IMG/VR virus record: IMGVR_UViG_3300047539_000078
Span: 78,019-142,018 of that record
DNA length: 64,000 nt
Source of the DNA: a virus
Taxonomy: Duplodnaviria; Caudoviricetes
Direction: 5' to 3' (one strand)
The notes below the pieces were generated by a model. That model searched no databases, had not been told where the DNA came from, and was given only the letters and a program-made list of their open reading frames with translations. Both the position numbers and the translations under genes were made by a program. Below, in pieces: positions 62,748-64,000 of the stretch. The first letter of the stretch is position 1; each line of letters starts with the position of its first letter.

Positions 62748-63899
62748 CTAGGCCTGTAGCGCTGTCAATGCGGAATCTATATCCGCCAAGGATTGCTTGT
62801 ACTCCGCCGTGAGGCGGGCCTTTTTTTCTACCAGCAATCCCAGCAATAGCGGTTTCGCTGATGCCTGGATTGTGACCGTGTCATTGACCGGCGAGACGGC
62901 GGGCGGCTTCTTCGTATATGTCCGTTTGGGTGTAGATGCCGCCACGATTGCGGGCTCCAAAACGGGGTTCAATTCCAAGTTGGTTTCCATGTATGCATCA
63001 TCTCCTATGTGGTGCGAAACTTCTTCTATCCGCTCCCCGATCCACCGCATCACGGGTACGGCCATGCTGTTCCCTATAGCTTCATATCTGGGTTTGTCGG
63101 GGCACTCATCGGCAGGCTTGTCGTTCCAGGGTATTCGGGTGTGCTCGCCAGGGAATCCTTGACGCTTTTCTTCTTCCCCCGGCGTGCAGGCACGAATTTG
63201 CCAAGTTCGTCCTTCTCCATACGGTCCAGGCGTCCCGTCGCCATGCAGAGTTCCTTCAACGACGACAACGCCTCTAGCGTTGCCATTTCCCGCGTTTCGG
63301 AGCGTAAGTGTAGGTATGCGCCCCGTTTTGCTATCCCCTCCCGCAGGGTAGTGATTGCGTGAAGGTCCGTCAAGAAGTACTTTTGCAGGTGGTTTCCGAT
63401 CGTTTCCAAGGTATCCGACCACAAAGACACGGGGACGGCTTTGCAGGAGTCCGAAGTATCGAGAGTCAAGAACTCGGTAAGCGAGCCCGTACCCGCACTC
63501 AGCCATTTTCCGGAGGATGGTTCCAAATACCCGCCCTCCGTCAAGCGACAAGACACCAGGGACGTTTTCCCAGACGAACCACTGCGGTTGCTTACTTTCG
63601 AGGATTTTGATATACTCAAGGGTGAGGTTTCCTTTCTGGGCTTCAAGGCCCCCCCGCTTCCCAGCTTGGGAGAAATCTTGGCAGGGGGTGCCTCCAACGA
63701 GGAGGTCTATGTGTTCAGCGAATTCCTTCTTGCCTGAGAGCTGCGTCATGTCCCCAAGGTTCGGGACTTTTTCATAGCGATACTTCAGCACCTCGCTGGG
63801 GAACGGGAGTATCTCTGAGAACCACGCGGGCTCCCAGCCAAGCCCGTGCCACGCGACCGTGGCCGCTTCTATCCCTGAACATACGGAACCGTATCGCAT
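62748..63899 (-). CDS. DNA (cytosine-5)-methyltransferase
   Basis: SVCSGI, GGTPCQ.FS, ENV.G, Q.R.R, QGFP, Y..IGNS; TATTAT 5 nt before ATG at 63899. Confidence 0.93.
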   Translation of the reverse strand: MRYGSVCSGIEAATVAWHGLGWEPAWFSEILPFPSEVLKYRYEKVPNLGDMTQLSGKKEFAEHIDLLVGGTPCQDFSQAGKRGGLEAQKGNLTLEYIKILESKQPQWFVWENVPGVLSLDGGRVFGTILRKMAECGYGLAYRVLDSRYFGLLQSRPRVFVVGYLGNDRKPPAKVLLDGPSRNHYPAGGDSKTGRIPTLTLRNAGNGNARGVVVVEGTLHGDGTPGPYGEGRTWQIRACTPGEEEKRQGFPGEHTRIPWNDKPADECPDKPRYEAIGNSMAVPVMRWIGERIEEVSHHIGDDAYMETNLELNPVLEPAIVAASTPKRTYTKKPPAVSPVNDTVTIQASAKPLLLGLLVEKKARLTAEYKQSLADIDSALTALQA

Positions 63900-64000
63900 G
63901 GTGTATAATACTGCAAGCACTGGAACATCATCCGGAAAACCCTGTGTTTGCGGAAAACATCAAAGGGTGGTATTATGTCTATGGGAGGATTTGGACAAGT

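Noticed and set aside
1-64000. Programmed frameshifting or pseudogenisation as the cause of the many split genes (~375, ~1030, ~3000, 7900-8670, ~13490, ~20960, ~22255, ~26535, ~32780, ~36610, ~37900, ~39070)
   Set aside because: Breaks are widespread, hit conserved genes such as the helicase, and where checked are fixed by one base in a short homopolymer (e.g. GCC[C]TG at ~22255); long-read indel error is simpler
1-64000. Stop-codon reassignment (seen in some large phages)
   Set aside because: TAA, TAG and TGA all terminate well-defined genes, and multi-kb ORFs are open in the standard code

Overview
A 64-kb segment of a large dsDNA (probably jumbo) bacteriophage genome, GC-rich, standard genetic code, with no rRNA, tRNA or CRISPR array seen. 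Many single-base indels split obvious genes, which looks like long-read assembly error. Layout: (1) 1-8.9 kb, +: Ser/Thr/Gly/Val-rich virion fibre/appendage-like genes sharing modules and a recurrent G-S-P-[P/A] motif. (2) RtcB and small genes. (3) 27142->12245, -: five ORFs that join across frameshifts into one ~4,900-aa polyvalent protein of ~27 modules: inorganic pyrophosphatase, ~10 ADP-ribosyltransferase-fold domains, an Acb1-like 2H phosphoesterase, Nudix, 2 GNATs, 2 SprT-like zincins, a PcfJ-like domain and 4 copies of an unnamed domain. Nearly every module boundary carries a K-[T/V/L/M/K/A]-A-[A/S/E/D/G] tetrapeptide, suggesting a proteolytically processed effector polyprotein; this is the standout observation. 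(4) 28-64 kb: accessory and replication-type genes (metallophosphoesterase, two SNF2-type helicases, one with a class-3 intein, NusG-like factor, HAD nucleotidase, HNH, macro-like A1S_2505, HD alarmone hydrolase, two dCMP-deaminase-like proteins, peptide deformylase, NADAR, dual-specificity phosphatase, deoxyribosyltransferase-like, Nudix, C5 DNA methyltransferase). Many of these sit behind -10-only promoters placed 5-6 nt before the ATG (leaderless). All family calls come from motifs read by eye; no database search was run.
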